NCBI GenBank assembly: GCA_944381325.1 | Contig: CALWKS010000003.1 | Coordinates: 265,204 to 329,203 of the forward strand | From: an uncultured Christensenellaceae bacterium | GTDB taxonomy: Bacteria > Bacillota > Clostridia > Christensenellales > UBA3700 | Length of the DNA: 64,000 nt | Reading direction: 5' to 3' | In this document: positions 42,056 to 50,371 of the stretch, one piece after another | Layout of the letters: every line of letters starts with the position of its first letter | Position numbering within the stretch: the stretch's first letter is position 1 | Notes under the pieces: generated by a model | Seen by the model: only the letters and a program-made list of their open reading frames with translations | What the model was told of the DNA's origin: nothing | Database searches by the model: none | Program-made: the position numbers and the translations under genes

Positions 42056-43804
42056 TTACTTCGTATATCTCGTAAGCAACACACTATTGCTTCTGGTCAG
42101 CACGTTAAGTATTGAAGAATCCAATGTAGCAAGATAACAGAATGCCTGTGCAAACTTTTTATATTCATCGTTTACTGCATCGTATACTATTACGGTATCT
42201 CCCGACCCCGACATTGCTGCATTGACCCCAGTCGAATACCAGGATGCGCTTGCCGAATTGTTGTTTATAAAAAGAACAAAGCTGTAACACGGCTCAATGC
42301 ACATCTCAGGGGTTATCGCCAGACAATACAAGTTATTCATAGCCTCTTCTACATCTTCGTCTGAAACTTCGATTTCTTCCCCGTTATCATCGTATTTGAA
42401 TTGCATCCAGTTTGCTATTTTGGGGAATGGACATGCTATTTTTTCATCGCTGAATTTTGCATTGAGCGCGTAGTTTACTATTTTTTTAGATTCGATTGAA
42501 TCAAGTTTTATTTCCCTAAGTTGCCACCTCTCCATATCGCGCAGCTTTACGCAATATTTGCAATATCTTCTGAGTTCATTGACCAATACAGAATTTACGT
42601 CCATTATGCCGTTCAAAACGTCTGCAAATTTCTCCATAAATTCAATAAACTTATAAGCGTCGGCTTTCGCGTTACTTTCAAGCGTATCTCCACCGTAATC
42701 AGCGGATAGCCATTTTTTAAAATTCTCCGGCACCGTATAGATGTCTTCGTCAAAATCGTCGTATAATATCGTAAAAGCGTTGAAATCCGACGAAAGAAGC
42801 GCATCAAGTTCTTTCATCCCATCGTTGATCACTACGTGATATTTTTGGAATAAATCTTTCTTCTTTACGTTATCAAAAGAATTGAAAAAATCTATTATCT
42901 TATTGCGTTGGCAGAATTCTCTTCTTATCATATTTGAAACTTCCTGCCTTGCCTTGTCATCTTTCTTTATAAAGCTTTTTATTTTGTTTTTAAAAGGTTC
43001 CCAGCTTTCTCTTACATAGTCTTTAGGGCAATAATAATAATACTTAACCCCGTCTATTTTTCCAGCAATGTTTTTTGCAGCAAGATTACTGGATATTATC
43101 ATACAAGAATAAGTATTACAATCATAGTTATTTAATTCATTTGTGAGAATGTGCGCCTCCTTAAGCAAAGTAGGATTTGCTTCGTCGCAAGATTTTATAT
43201 CGTCATTAACTGAACGGGATATACAATCTTTTCCAATGCAATATTTAAGAAGATCAACAAACCTTCTTGAATCCAGCATATTGTCGTGAGCATAATTTAT
43301 ATTTTCGAGCAACGCAGATATATATTTTCTTGTCAGCTCTTTAAATATCCTGGACGAGGTAGCCGGCGTAAAATATCTGATAAGAGTATCTTTCTCTATT
43401 AGCCTTAAAGATTTAATGCTATCAGGAAGAGAATCGTATGTAATAGAAGAATCAAGAGCTATCGGATAAACCTGAAGCCTGTTATTGGACATAGATACCA
43501 TCTCTGAATAGCTCTTGAGTTCTTTAAGAACTTCGTTCGAAGCAAGAGAATTCTTCGATAAAACAGGTATCATCAGACAAGTTTTCGAAATCTGTTCATT
43601 AATTTCCTTCTCATACTTGTCACCTCCGAAATTTCTTTCGACCCCGTTTTCGTAATACATACTCCAATAGCATAATTCCAAAGACTCCATGCCTTTTATA
43701 ATTTCACTAACCTTTTCAATGTCCGCGCTACAAAGTGAAACGAACATTTTATATCTCTCCAGATTCAGCTTTTCTGCAAGGTTTTCAATCGCATTTTTAT
43801 TCAT
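42056..43804 (-). CDS. 582-aa protein with an N-terminal TIR-like domain and an uncharacterised C-terminal region
   Basis: GGAGGA RBS. Residues about 18-100, YKMFVSLCSADIEKVSEIIKGMESLELCYWSMYY...EKEINEQISKTCLMIPVLSKNSLASNEVLKELKS, follow the TIR pattern (hFhSxxxxD ... hhhhhS ... S.W...E). This assignment is tentative. Confidence 0.5.
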   Translation of the reverse strand: MNKNAIENLAEKLNLERYKMFVSLCSADIEKVSEIIKGMESLELCYWSMYYENGVERNFGGDKYEKEINEQISKTCLMIPVLSKNSLASNEVLKELKSYSEMVSMSNNRLQVYPIALDSSITYDSLPDSIKSLRLIEKDTLIRYFTPATSSRIFKELTRKYISALLENINYAHDNMLDSRRFVDLLKYCIGKDCISRSVNDDIKSCDEANPTLLKEAHILTNELNNYDCNTYSCMIISSNLAAKNIAGKIDGVKYYYYCPKDYVRESWEPFKNKIKSFIKKDDKARQEVSNMIRREFCQRNKIIDFFNSFDNVKKKDLFQKYHVVINDGMKELDALLSSDFNAFTILYDDFDEDIYTVPENFKKWLSADYGGDTLESNAKADAYKFIEFMEKFADVLNGIMDVNSVLVNELRRYCKYCVKLRDMERWQLREIKLDSIESKKIVNYALNAKFSDEKIACPFPKIANWMQFKYDDNGEEIEVSDEDVEEAMNNLYCLAITPEMCIEPCYSFVLFINNNSASASWYSTGVNAAMSGSGDTVIVYDAVNDEYKKFAQAFCYLATLDSSILNVLTRSNSVLLTRYTK

Positions 43805-43884
43805 TTTTTTCCTCCGTATATATGCTTTGTCCTTAGCAAAATTTTATCTCTCAGCGATTGATATTATTTTATCATATAAATATT

Positions 43885-43910
43885 GATTTTACAACATTTT
43901 TTGTAAAATC
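43885..43910. promoter_or_regulatory. perfect 10-bp inverted repeat in the promoter region of the six-gene operon (candidate operator)
   Basis: GATTTTACAA-CATTTT-TTGTAAAATC. On the minus strand it overlaps a candidate promoter: TTGTAA, 17-nt spacer, TAAAAT. Confidence 0.4.
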
Positions 43911-43920
43911 AGCTGTAGGC

Positions 43921-43955
43921 AAAAAAATACGCGCTCACATTCGGAGCGCGTTTTT
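43921..43955 (-). terminator. rho-independent terminator after mgsA
   Basis: 8-bp stem ACGCGCTC / GAGCGCGT with a 7-nt loop, followed by a T-run on the minus strand (A-run 43921-43927 on plus). Confidence 0.7.
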
Positions 43956-43971
43956 CAGTATTTTGTCTACA

Positions 43972-44352
43972 TTAATTTATAAGCGTCGACGTTATCATAT
44001 AGTTCGCTGTTGCAGTGTTGGTTGCGATAGGGATATCGTAAACAACTGCGATGCGCAAAAGCGCTTTGACGTCGGGGTCGTGAGGCTGTGCGTTGAGGGG
44101 ATCCCAGAAAAAAACGACTGCGTCGATCTCGCCTTCTGCGATCTTTGCGCCTATCTGCTGGTCGCCGCCGAGAGGACCTGAAAGATATCTTTTCACTTCA
44201 AGTCCGGTTGCGTCGCCTACGAGCTTTGCCGTAGTGCCTGTGCCGCAAAGGTTGAATCTTGCGAGAGAGTCCTTGTTCTTCATTGCCCAGCTGACCATTT
44301 CAGCTTTTTTCTGATCGTGCGCGATAAGTGCCAGCGTTCTGATTTTTTTCAT
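43972..44352 (-). CDS. mgsA: methylglyoxal synthase
   Basis: 126 aa. [20 protein letters not shown]...LCGTGTT...[11 protein letters not shown]. Confidence 0.9.
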   Translation of the reverse strand: MKKIRTLALIAHDQKKAEMVSWAMKNKDSLARFNLCGTGTTAKLVGDATGLEVKRYLSGPLGGDQQIGAKIAEGEIDAVVFFWDPLNAQPHDPDVKALLRIAVVYDIPIATNTATANYMITSTLIN

Positions 44353-44444
44353 TCTCTTCTCCTTTTGTAGATAAACTTTCCCTTCCGCTTATATTATAGC
44401 TCAATAAAGCGAAAAAGGTAAAGCAATTTAAAGAATGTCAGCTC

Positions 44445-44473
44445 ATAAAAAACGGGCAGATTTTTTTGCCCGT
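44445..44473 (-). terminator. rho-independent terminator after the second fucosidase gene
   Basis: Stem ACGGGCA / TGCCCGT, followed by a T-run on the minus strand. Confidence 0.6.
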
Positions 44474-44497
44474 AATTTTCCTGCCCGTGTAGGTTAA

Positions 44498-45967
44498 TCA
44501 GTCTACCGTCACCTTAAAACAATAAGGGAACGGCACGTCGGGTTTCTCCGGAACGGAGATATAAAGCCCGGATTCGTCCTGGTAATGCTTTATTTTCATG
44601 TCCGATCCCAGAAGTTCGACTTTCTTTATATCGTATCTTATGCCGTGCTCGCCCGAAAAAGCAAGTTTTTTTATCCTCAGCTCTTTTCTGTATTTACCGA
44701 ACATCTGGAAGACGTATATCGCACCAGTTTTAAAGGTAAACCTGAAGTCCCTGGGAGTGAATATGGTCTTCTCGATGAAAGAACCTACGCGCCTTTTTCT
44801 TCCCTCTCCGAAACCTACCTCGCAGGGCTGACTGCCGTAAACAGCCTCTCCGTTGATTTCAAGCCACTTACCTATTTCCGCAAGAAGTTCTTTTTCTTTA
44901 TCGCATACAGAGCCGTCAGCTTTTGGTCCTACATTGAGCATAAAACAGCCGTTCTTGGAAACGACTTCTATCATATTGCATATGATTTCAGACGCTGGTT
45001 TATATATATTGTTGTTGGTATATCCCCAGCTGTTTCTTGCTGTAGAAGTATCGTTCTGCCATACGTCTGCGCGAATGTCAGACACCTGTCCGCGCTCCAC
45101 GTCGAAAGTCGCGCAACCGTTCATTACAGCGCCTACCTTGTAGAATACGGTAACTTCTTTTCCCCATTCTTCTCCGCGATTGTAATAATAAGCAAGGAAT
45201 TTTTTCAGATACGGCTTGAATTCCGTCTTTTGAATCCACCAGTCGAAATATACGGCGCCAGGCTGTAACTTGTCTATCATCTCACATGAAGAAGCCAGCC
45301 AGTCTCTAAGCCATTCATCTGTAGCCGTGATTTCTTTATCCGTCTTTCTCGCATTGCCGCTTGCAGGACAATAAGCAGGTCCATAAAGATCTCTGTATTC
45401 CTCGTTTGCGACAACTTCGCTCTGAGGAAAATTACGCCTTGCAAAGTTCATAAACCAGAAATGCTCTGCTCTGTGATTTGATGCAAGGAAGGTCATTCCC
45501 TCTTCTTCAATGCGCTTTTTAAGCTCGGCAATATAATCGCGTCCCTTAAGTTCAAGCATATTCCAGCGATTGAGATCGCTACCGTACATTTTTATTCCGT
45601 CGTGATGCTCGCATACAGGCATAACGAATTTCGCGCCCGCCCCTGCAAATATTTTCGCCCATTCTGAAGCGTCAAACTTCTCAGGATTGAACATGTCTAT
45701 AAATTGCCTGTATTCGAAATTCTTGCCGTACTTAGAAACGTGATAATAATAAACAGGATCTTTTGTGTCGTACATTCGCCTCGGATACCATTCGTTGCCG
45801 AAAGCGGGCACGCTGTAAACGCCCCAGTGAATAAAAATGCCGAATCTTCCGTTTCTGTACCAAGCGGGAGTTTTGTGATGAGACAAGCTTTCCCAGTTGT
45901 CTTTAAACTTACCTTTCTTGATCACTTCGTCTATCTTTTTGATGTAAGCGATTATTTTATGATCCAT
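44498..45967 (-). CDS. alpha-L-fucosidase (GH29), cytoplasmic-type paralog
   Basis: 489 aa. FGIFIHWGVYSVPAFGNEWY and MPVCEHHDGIKMY. No signal peptide. Confidence 0.85.
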   Translation of the reverse strand: MDHKIIAYIKKIDEVIKKGKFKDNWESLSHHKTPAWYRNGRFGIFIHWGVYSVPAFGNEWYPRRMYDTKDPVYYYHVSKYGKNFEYRQFIDMFNPEKFDASEWAKIFAGAGAKFVMPVCEHHDGIKMYGSDLNRWNMLELKGRDYIAELKKRIEEEGMTFLASNHRAEHFWFMNFARRNFPQSEVVANEEYRDLYGPAYCPASGNARKTDKEITATDEWLRDWLASSCEMIDKLQPGAVYFDWWIQKTEFKPYLKKFLAYYYNRGEEWGKEVTVFYKVGAVMNGCATFDVERGQVSDIRADVWQNDTSTARNSWGYTNNNIYKPASEIICNMIEVVSKNGCFMLNVGPKADGSVCDKEKELLAEIGKWLEINGEAVYGSQPCEVGFGEGRKRRVGSFIEKTIFTPRDFRFTFKTGAIYVFQMFGKYRKELRIKKLAFSGEHGIRYDIKKVELLGSDMKIKHYQDESGLYISVPEKPDVPFPYCFKVTVD

Positions 45968-45985
45968 AAATTCCCCTTATCTGCG

Positions 45986-46501
45986 TTAAATCACGCCGTT
46001 GTTTTCAAGCCATTGTCTGACAGCTTCGTCGCATTCACCCGCGTCGCTGCCTTTAACAGAGAGTCCTTCTTCAACCTGAGCCGACGGACACAGTTTCTTT
46101 ATGTCTGATACGCTTCTTGCAAGACCACTCCCCTCGTTGGTACAAAGCGGAAGTATTTTCTTGCCTGAAAAATCCGCGCTTTCCAGAAAGGTAAATACGG
46201 GCATGGGCATCGTTCCGCACCAGTTGGGATAACCGAGAATAACGGTATCGTAATCCAACACTCCGATATACCTCTCAAGCTCGGGACGCGCATTGTCGGC
46301 AAGTTCGTCTCTGGAACGCTTTACACAGTATGCATATTTCTTAGGATAAGGCATTGTTGCCTTTATTTCAAACAGATCTGAGCCCGTCATCGCCGCGATT
46401 TTCTCTGCGACTATCGCAGTATTGCCTTTTTCAACGTTTATGATTTTGCCTGAAAAGTAATTCTCACCGCTGTGAGAAAAATAAGCCGTTAAAATTTTCA
46501 T
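45986..46501 (-). CDS. flavodoxin-like protein
   Basis: 171 aa. MKILTAYFSHSGENY, then YPNWCGTMPMPVFTFLE. Confidence 0.7.
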   Translation of the reverse strand: MKILTAYFSHSGENYFSGKIINVEKGNTAIVAEKIAAMTGSDLFEIKATMPYPKKYAYCVKRSRDELADNARPELERYIGVLDYDTVILGYPNWCGTMPMPVFTFLESADFSGKKILPLCTNEGSGLARSVSDIKKLCPSAQVEEGLSVKGSDAGECDEAVRQWLENNGVI

Positions 46502-46554
46502 TTCCGCTCTCCTTATAAACTTTGTCGGCGGTATTAATTCGCTGCAGTTGAATT

Positions 46555-47121
46555 TTATTTATTGTTTTTAAGACAAGCGCGAATTTTGCGCTTTATTTTC
46601 TGAAGAGAATTGTCGATATATTTTTCACTCTTTCCCGTCTGAAGCGCTATATCCCTGTAACTTCTGCCGTCAAGGTAAAGTCTGAGAATTCCCGTTTCTT
46701 CCGGAGAAAGATTTTCTGTAATATTTTTCTTGACCTGTATTGAGTTTTCACGCATTATCGCGGTATCCTCAGCAGACGTAGCGCTCATTGAATAGTCTAC
46801 GTCGTATATCGAAACGTAATTGTTGAGCGCCTTGTGTTTATCGCGGTTTGCCGCTTTCACAACGTCTATGATCCTGTTTTTTACGCAACTGTATGCAAAT
46901 GCAGAAAACGGAACTTTAGACTCCAGATCGTAAGCGTCGATAGCTCTGTAAAGAGCGATCATTCCTTCCTGAATAAGGTCCTCGTCGCCTGCTCCGACAA
47001 GAAAATACTGTCTCGCAACCGAGATAACGAGACTTTTATATCTTGTCAGAATTTCTTCTGTAGCCGCCATGCTGCCTGTGCGGCTTTCGGCTATCAGAGC
47101 GACGTCTTCCTTTACTTTCAC
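46555..47121 (-). CDS. sigH: sporulation sigma factor SigH-like
   Basis: 188 aa. EDLIQEGMIALYRAIDAYD, LYLDGRSYRDIA and KYIDNSLQKIKRKI closely parallel Bacillus SigH blocks. The gene lies downstream of rlmB as in Bacilli and Clostridia. Confidence 0.75.
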   Translation of the reverse strand: MKVKEDVALIAESRTGSMAATEEILTRYKSLVISVARQYFLVGAGDEDLIQEGMIALYRAIDAYDLESKVPFSAFAYSCVKNRIIDVVKAANRDKHKALNNYVSIYDVDYSMSATSAEDTAIMRENSIQVKKNITENLSPEETGILRLYLDGRSYRDIALQTGKSEKYIDNSLQKIKRKIRACLKNNK

Positions 47122-47840
47122 TTGCTATACCTCTGTCTTACGACTTCGTAACATATAATTCCGCACGCGACCGAAGCATTGAGAGAATTGACCTTTCCCC
47201 TCTGCGGAAGTGCGATGACCTTATCGCAGAGCTTTGAAGTCAGTTCTTTTACCCCGAAGCCTTCGCTGCCTATAACAATCGCGGTGTCGACGTCAAAACG
47301 GGTGTCGTATATACTCTCTCCGCCCATATCCGCGCAATACACGTTTACGAATTCGTCCTTGAGTTTTCTTATCGCGTCGTTTATATTGCCGACCTTGGCA
47401 ACTGCAACGTGATTCGCCGCGCCTGCGGATATTCTTATTACCGTTTCGTTTACAGTCGCGCTTCTGCGCGAAGGTATTACCACGCCGTGCGCGCCTGCAC
47501 ATTCGGCAACTCTCAAAATGCTTCCGAGGTTGTGCGGATCTTCTATTCCGTCAAGAAGCAGAATAAAAGCTTTTTCGCCTTTGCCTTTCGCTATCGCAAG
47601 AATATCGTCAAGCGTGCAGTATTCAAAATCAGACGTTTCGGCTATAACGCCCTGATGTCTGAGTTCTCCCGCAAGCTTATCAAGCACGCGTTTTTCGCAG
47701 AATTCGATGCGCGCTCCTTTCGCGCGTGCGCCTTCGACCATCTTGTCCAGATCGTGCGCACCTTTGAGCACGTAAAGTTTTTGTATTTTCGTATCTGCCC
47801 CCAGAAGCTCTCTGACGGCGTTTTTACCTATCGACAGCAT
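47118..47840 (-). CDS. rlmB: 23S rRNA 2-prime-O-methyltransferase, TrmH/RlmB family
   Basis: 240 aa. LLLDGIEDPHNLGSILR, IVIGSEGFGV, GKVNSLNASVA (SpoU motifs). Confidence 0.85.
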   Translation of the reverse strand: MLSIGKNAVRELLGADTKIQKLYVLKGAHDLDKMVEGARAKGARIEFCEKRVLDKLAGELRHQGVIAETSDFEYCTLDDILAIAKGKGEKAFILLLDGIEDPHNLGSILRVAECAGAHGVVIPSRRSATVNETVIRISAGAANHVAVAKVGNINDAIRKLKDEFVNVYCADMGGESIYDTRFDVDTAIVIGSEGFGVKELTSKLCDKVIALPQRGKVNSLNASVACGIICYEVVRQRYSK

Positions 47841-48571
47841 TATTCAAGATTCTTCCTTTTTTCTCTGACCTCGAGCATCTTGCCGCAAGTCATCTTGCCT
47901 TCCGAGCAAGCGCCCTTAACGCATGACGGTCCGCAATCCGCAAACAGCGTGGGAGCGACTTTTGTCACAAGCGCAAGCATCTGCCACGCGACGTCGCGTA
48001 TTTCCCACTGAGCTCTGTTGCAGCATCTGAGATTGAAGAAATGCATCAGCTCTCTCGCGTTCATAGTAACGACCATCTTAGTTTCCGCCGCATTGGGAAG
48101 CACAAAACGCGCGTCCTCGTTGGATTTCTCGCAATCTCCTCCGAGAAGCTGCTGCCACTCATCGTACCAACCCTGTATCTCATCCATCTGCTTTTTAAAT
48201 TTTTCTACGTATTCTTCACCGAGAGCCTGAATAGATTCAGGGATAACGTAATTGAACGCACCTTTCTTGTTTGCGGCTACGTATCTCTGCGACTTAACGC
48301 TGAAACTTGCAATTCTGTGTCTGGTGATCTGCGCAAGCAGGCTTCTTGAAACTCCTTCTATACCGAAAGTGAATGAAGCGTGCTCTATCGGCGACAAATG
48401 TCCGAGAGATACCAGCCTTGCAATGAATTTGGATACGTCTTTTTCTTCGACTCCTCCCTTGAGATCCATTATGTCAGCATCGCTGTAGCAAAGTTTAGCC
48501 GCTAATGCTACCACCTGCTCAGGATTGGGAGTATGATTGAGAAGTACTACTTTGGGTCTTACCTGTGGCAT
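47840..48571 (-). CDS. thyX: FAD-dependent thymidylate synthase
   Basis: The ORF track gives 47840..48610; the likely start is the ATG at 48571 after an AAGGAG RBS. ThyX motif QITRHRIASFSVKSQRY. Confidence 0.9.
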   Translation of the reverse strand: MPQVRPKVVLLNHTPNPEQVVALAAKLCYSDADIMDLKGGVEEKDVSKFIARLVSLGHLSPIEHASFTFGIEGVSRSLLAQITRHRIASFSVKSQRYVAANKKGAFNYVIPESIQALGEEYVEKFKKQMDEIQGWYDEWQQLLGGDCEKSNEDARFVLPNAAETKMVVTMNARELMHFFNLRCCNRAQWEIRDVAWQMLALVTKVAPTLFADCGPSCVKGACSEGKMTCGKMLEVREKRKNLE

Positions 48572-48662
48572 TGTTTTCTCCTTGTATAGCCGCGTGAAAG
48601 CGCGCGGCATATCTGTTCAGCTTATGTTTATATTTTTATTATCCTGATATCTGAAGACGGGA

Positions 48663-49094
48663 TCACTCTTTGTCCGTCTTCTCCGACGCCTTTTCGATCA
48701 GCTCTGAAAGGCGCGCCCTCTGCCCCGTTATATAAAGATAACCGATAAGGGCTTCAAATCCGCTTGCCTTCCTGTAATCGGAAGAGGTGGCGTTCTTTGC
48801 AATATTGTTGGTATGACTGTTCTTTGCGCGGCGGTATACGCCCTCTTCGTCAGGCGTAAGCAAAGGCAGTATGCTTTCAATTGCGACTGCCTGAGAGTGA
48901 GCTTTTACTTCCTGAGAAACCGCCTTATGCAGAACTCCTGCTTTACAGCCCGATTCCAACGCCGTGCGACAACGCGCGTAAAGCATCTGCACGCTGTCCC
49001 CGATATAGGCAAGCACGAGAGGGTTGAGCTCCCGCGCCTGTTTCTCAGTTACCGTCAATCCCGCAAAGGGTAAATAGTCAGTTTTATTTGCCAT
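48663..49094 (-). CDS. mrnC: mini-ribonuclease 3
   Basis: LAYIGDSV and GFEALIGYLY motifs. The ATG at 49094 (MANKTDY) is preferred over the TTG at 49115. Confidence 0.8.
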   Translation of the reverse strand: MANKTDYLPFAGLTVTEKQARELNPLVLAYIGDSVQMLYARCRTALESGCKAGVLHKAVSQEVKAHSQAVAIESILPLLTPDEEGVYRRAKNSHTNNIAKNATSSDYRKASGFEALIGYLYITGQRARLSELIEKASEKTDKE

Positions 49095-49740
49095 ATTTGC
49101 TGACGAAATAGTCAAACAGAAGTTCGTCGCTGTATTCGAGCTGACCTGTTATCTTAAGAGTGCACTGTTTGATGTACTCTTTGCAGCTCTTTTCCATAAT
49201 GCGTATGATCTCAAACGCTTCATCCATATCTCTGCCTGCACAGAAAACACCGTGGTTTGCCATAAAGCAGGCATTTCTGCCCTTCATTGCAGCGACTGTG
49301 CCTTCCTTCAGGGTCTTCGTTCCCGGCAAACCGTAAGCGCCCACTCTTGCAGGGCCGCCGACGAGCTTCTGCATTTCGTCGCTCATTACCGGCAATTCGA
49401 TACGCGCTGAAGCGAGTACCGAACACCATACGGGGTGAGAGTGAATGGTAGCGTTGATTTCAGGTCTGTCAGCCATGATAGCCGCGTGTATTTTTCTTTC
49501 GCTTGTCGGCTTTTTACCGTCGCTCCATACAGACGTGTCGCTTATCTGTACTACGGGCATGTCTTCAGGCTGGAGTGCAACGTAATCCAGTCCCGTAGGA
49601 GTAACGAGCATATGGTCTTCGTCAAGTCTTACGGCAGTGTTGCCCCAGGTGCCCTGCACGAGGTTTTCCTTGAGAAGGTTTACGCCGCTGTCCTTGATAA
49701 CTTTGCGCAGTCTGAGTTCTTCTTCCTTAGTCCAAGCCAT
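49084..49740 (-). CDS. class II aldolase/adducin-family protein (catalytic-type)
   Basis: 218 aa. GNTAVRL...VTPTG, IHSHPVW (HxH metal ligands) and MANHGVF are all present. Confidence 0.75.
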   Translation of the reverse strand: MAWTKEEELRLRKVIKDSGVNLLKENLVQGTWGNTAVRLDEDHMLVTPTGLDYVALQPEDMPVVQISDTSVWSDGKKPTSERKIHAAIMADRPEINATIHSHPVWCSVLASARIELPVMSDEMQKLVGGPARVGAYGLPGTKTLKEGTVAAMKGRNACFMANHGVFCAGRDMDEAFEIIRIMEKSCKEYIKQCTLKITGQLEYSDELLFDYFVSKYGK

Positions 49741-49741
49741 C

Positions 49742-50371
49742 TTATTCGCCCTCCCTTTTTGAGATGTTTTCCTGATTTACCTTGCTGTATTTTTTCTGAT
49801 AGATAATGTTCATCAGTTTTGCTTCTATGCAATTGATTATTTTGTTTCCTCCGAGAACGCTTCCGCATACGTATGCGTGGCTTGCCTTGTCAAGTACGAG
49901 GGCGCAGGTGTAAGCCTCGTCCATCGTTCTTCCCACCGTCAACGCGCCGCCGTCGGGTACGAGGACGGAATTTCTCTTCTTGAGACCTTTAACGAGGTCG
50001 TCTGTAGCCGCACTCTTGCAGGTCTTACAATTGAGCCCGACTATTTGAGTCATATCGTCAAGCACGGCGGGAATGGTAGCCTTTGCTCTTGCGACAGCGC
50101 ATACGAAAGGCGCGTGCGTATAAAGCACTGCGTGCACCTCGGGACGCTTAGCAAAAAGTCTTGCTATAACCACATAATCCTTGTCGTCCGTCGTAAGCGG
50201 AAGTTCGATAAGGTCTTCGGGCTTGAGCGCGTCGAGCTGTACCGAAGCTTCGTTTACGCAGAAGCCGTCTTTGGTACGCATCGCAATGCGGTCGCCCTTG
50301 CCGTTCATGCGTTCTGCGACGATTTTTGCCGCATAACTCATAACGGTTTCTTTAATCTTATTGTCAATCAT
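49742..50371 (-). CDS. class II aldolase/adducin-family protein (degenerate metal site)
   Basis: 209 aa with the same fold pattern, but the HxH position reads YTHAP and the NHG position reads PDGG. Confidence 0.65.
   Translation of the reverse strand: MIDNKIKETVMSYAAKIVAERMNGKGDRIAMRTKDGFCVNEASVQLDALKPEDLIELPLTTDDKDYVVIARLFAKRPEVHAVLYTHAPFVCAVARAKATIPAVLDDMTQIVGLNCKTCKSAATDDLVKGLKKRNSVLVPDGGALTVGRTMDEAYTCALVLDKASHAYVCGSVLGGNKIINCIEAKLMNIIYQKKYSKVNQENISKREGE

Noticed and set aside
36610-43971. Searched for direct repeats (att sites) flanking the six-gene operon.
   Set aside because: Only generic AT-rich similarity exists between the two borders (ATAAATAT-type strings). There is no convincing repeat, so the insertion mechanism is left open.
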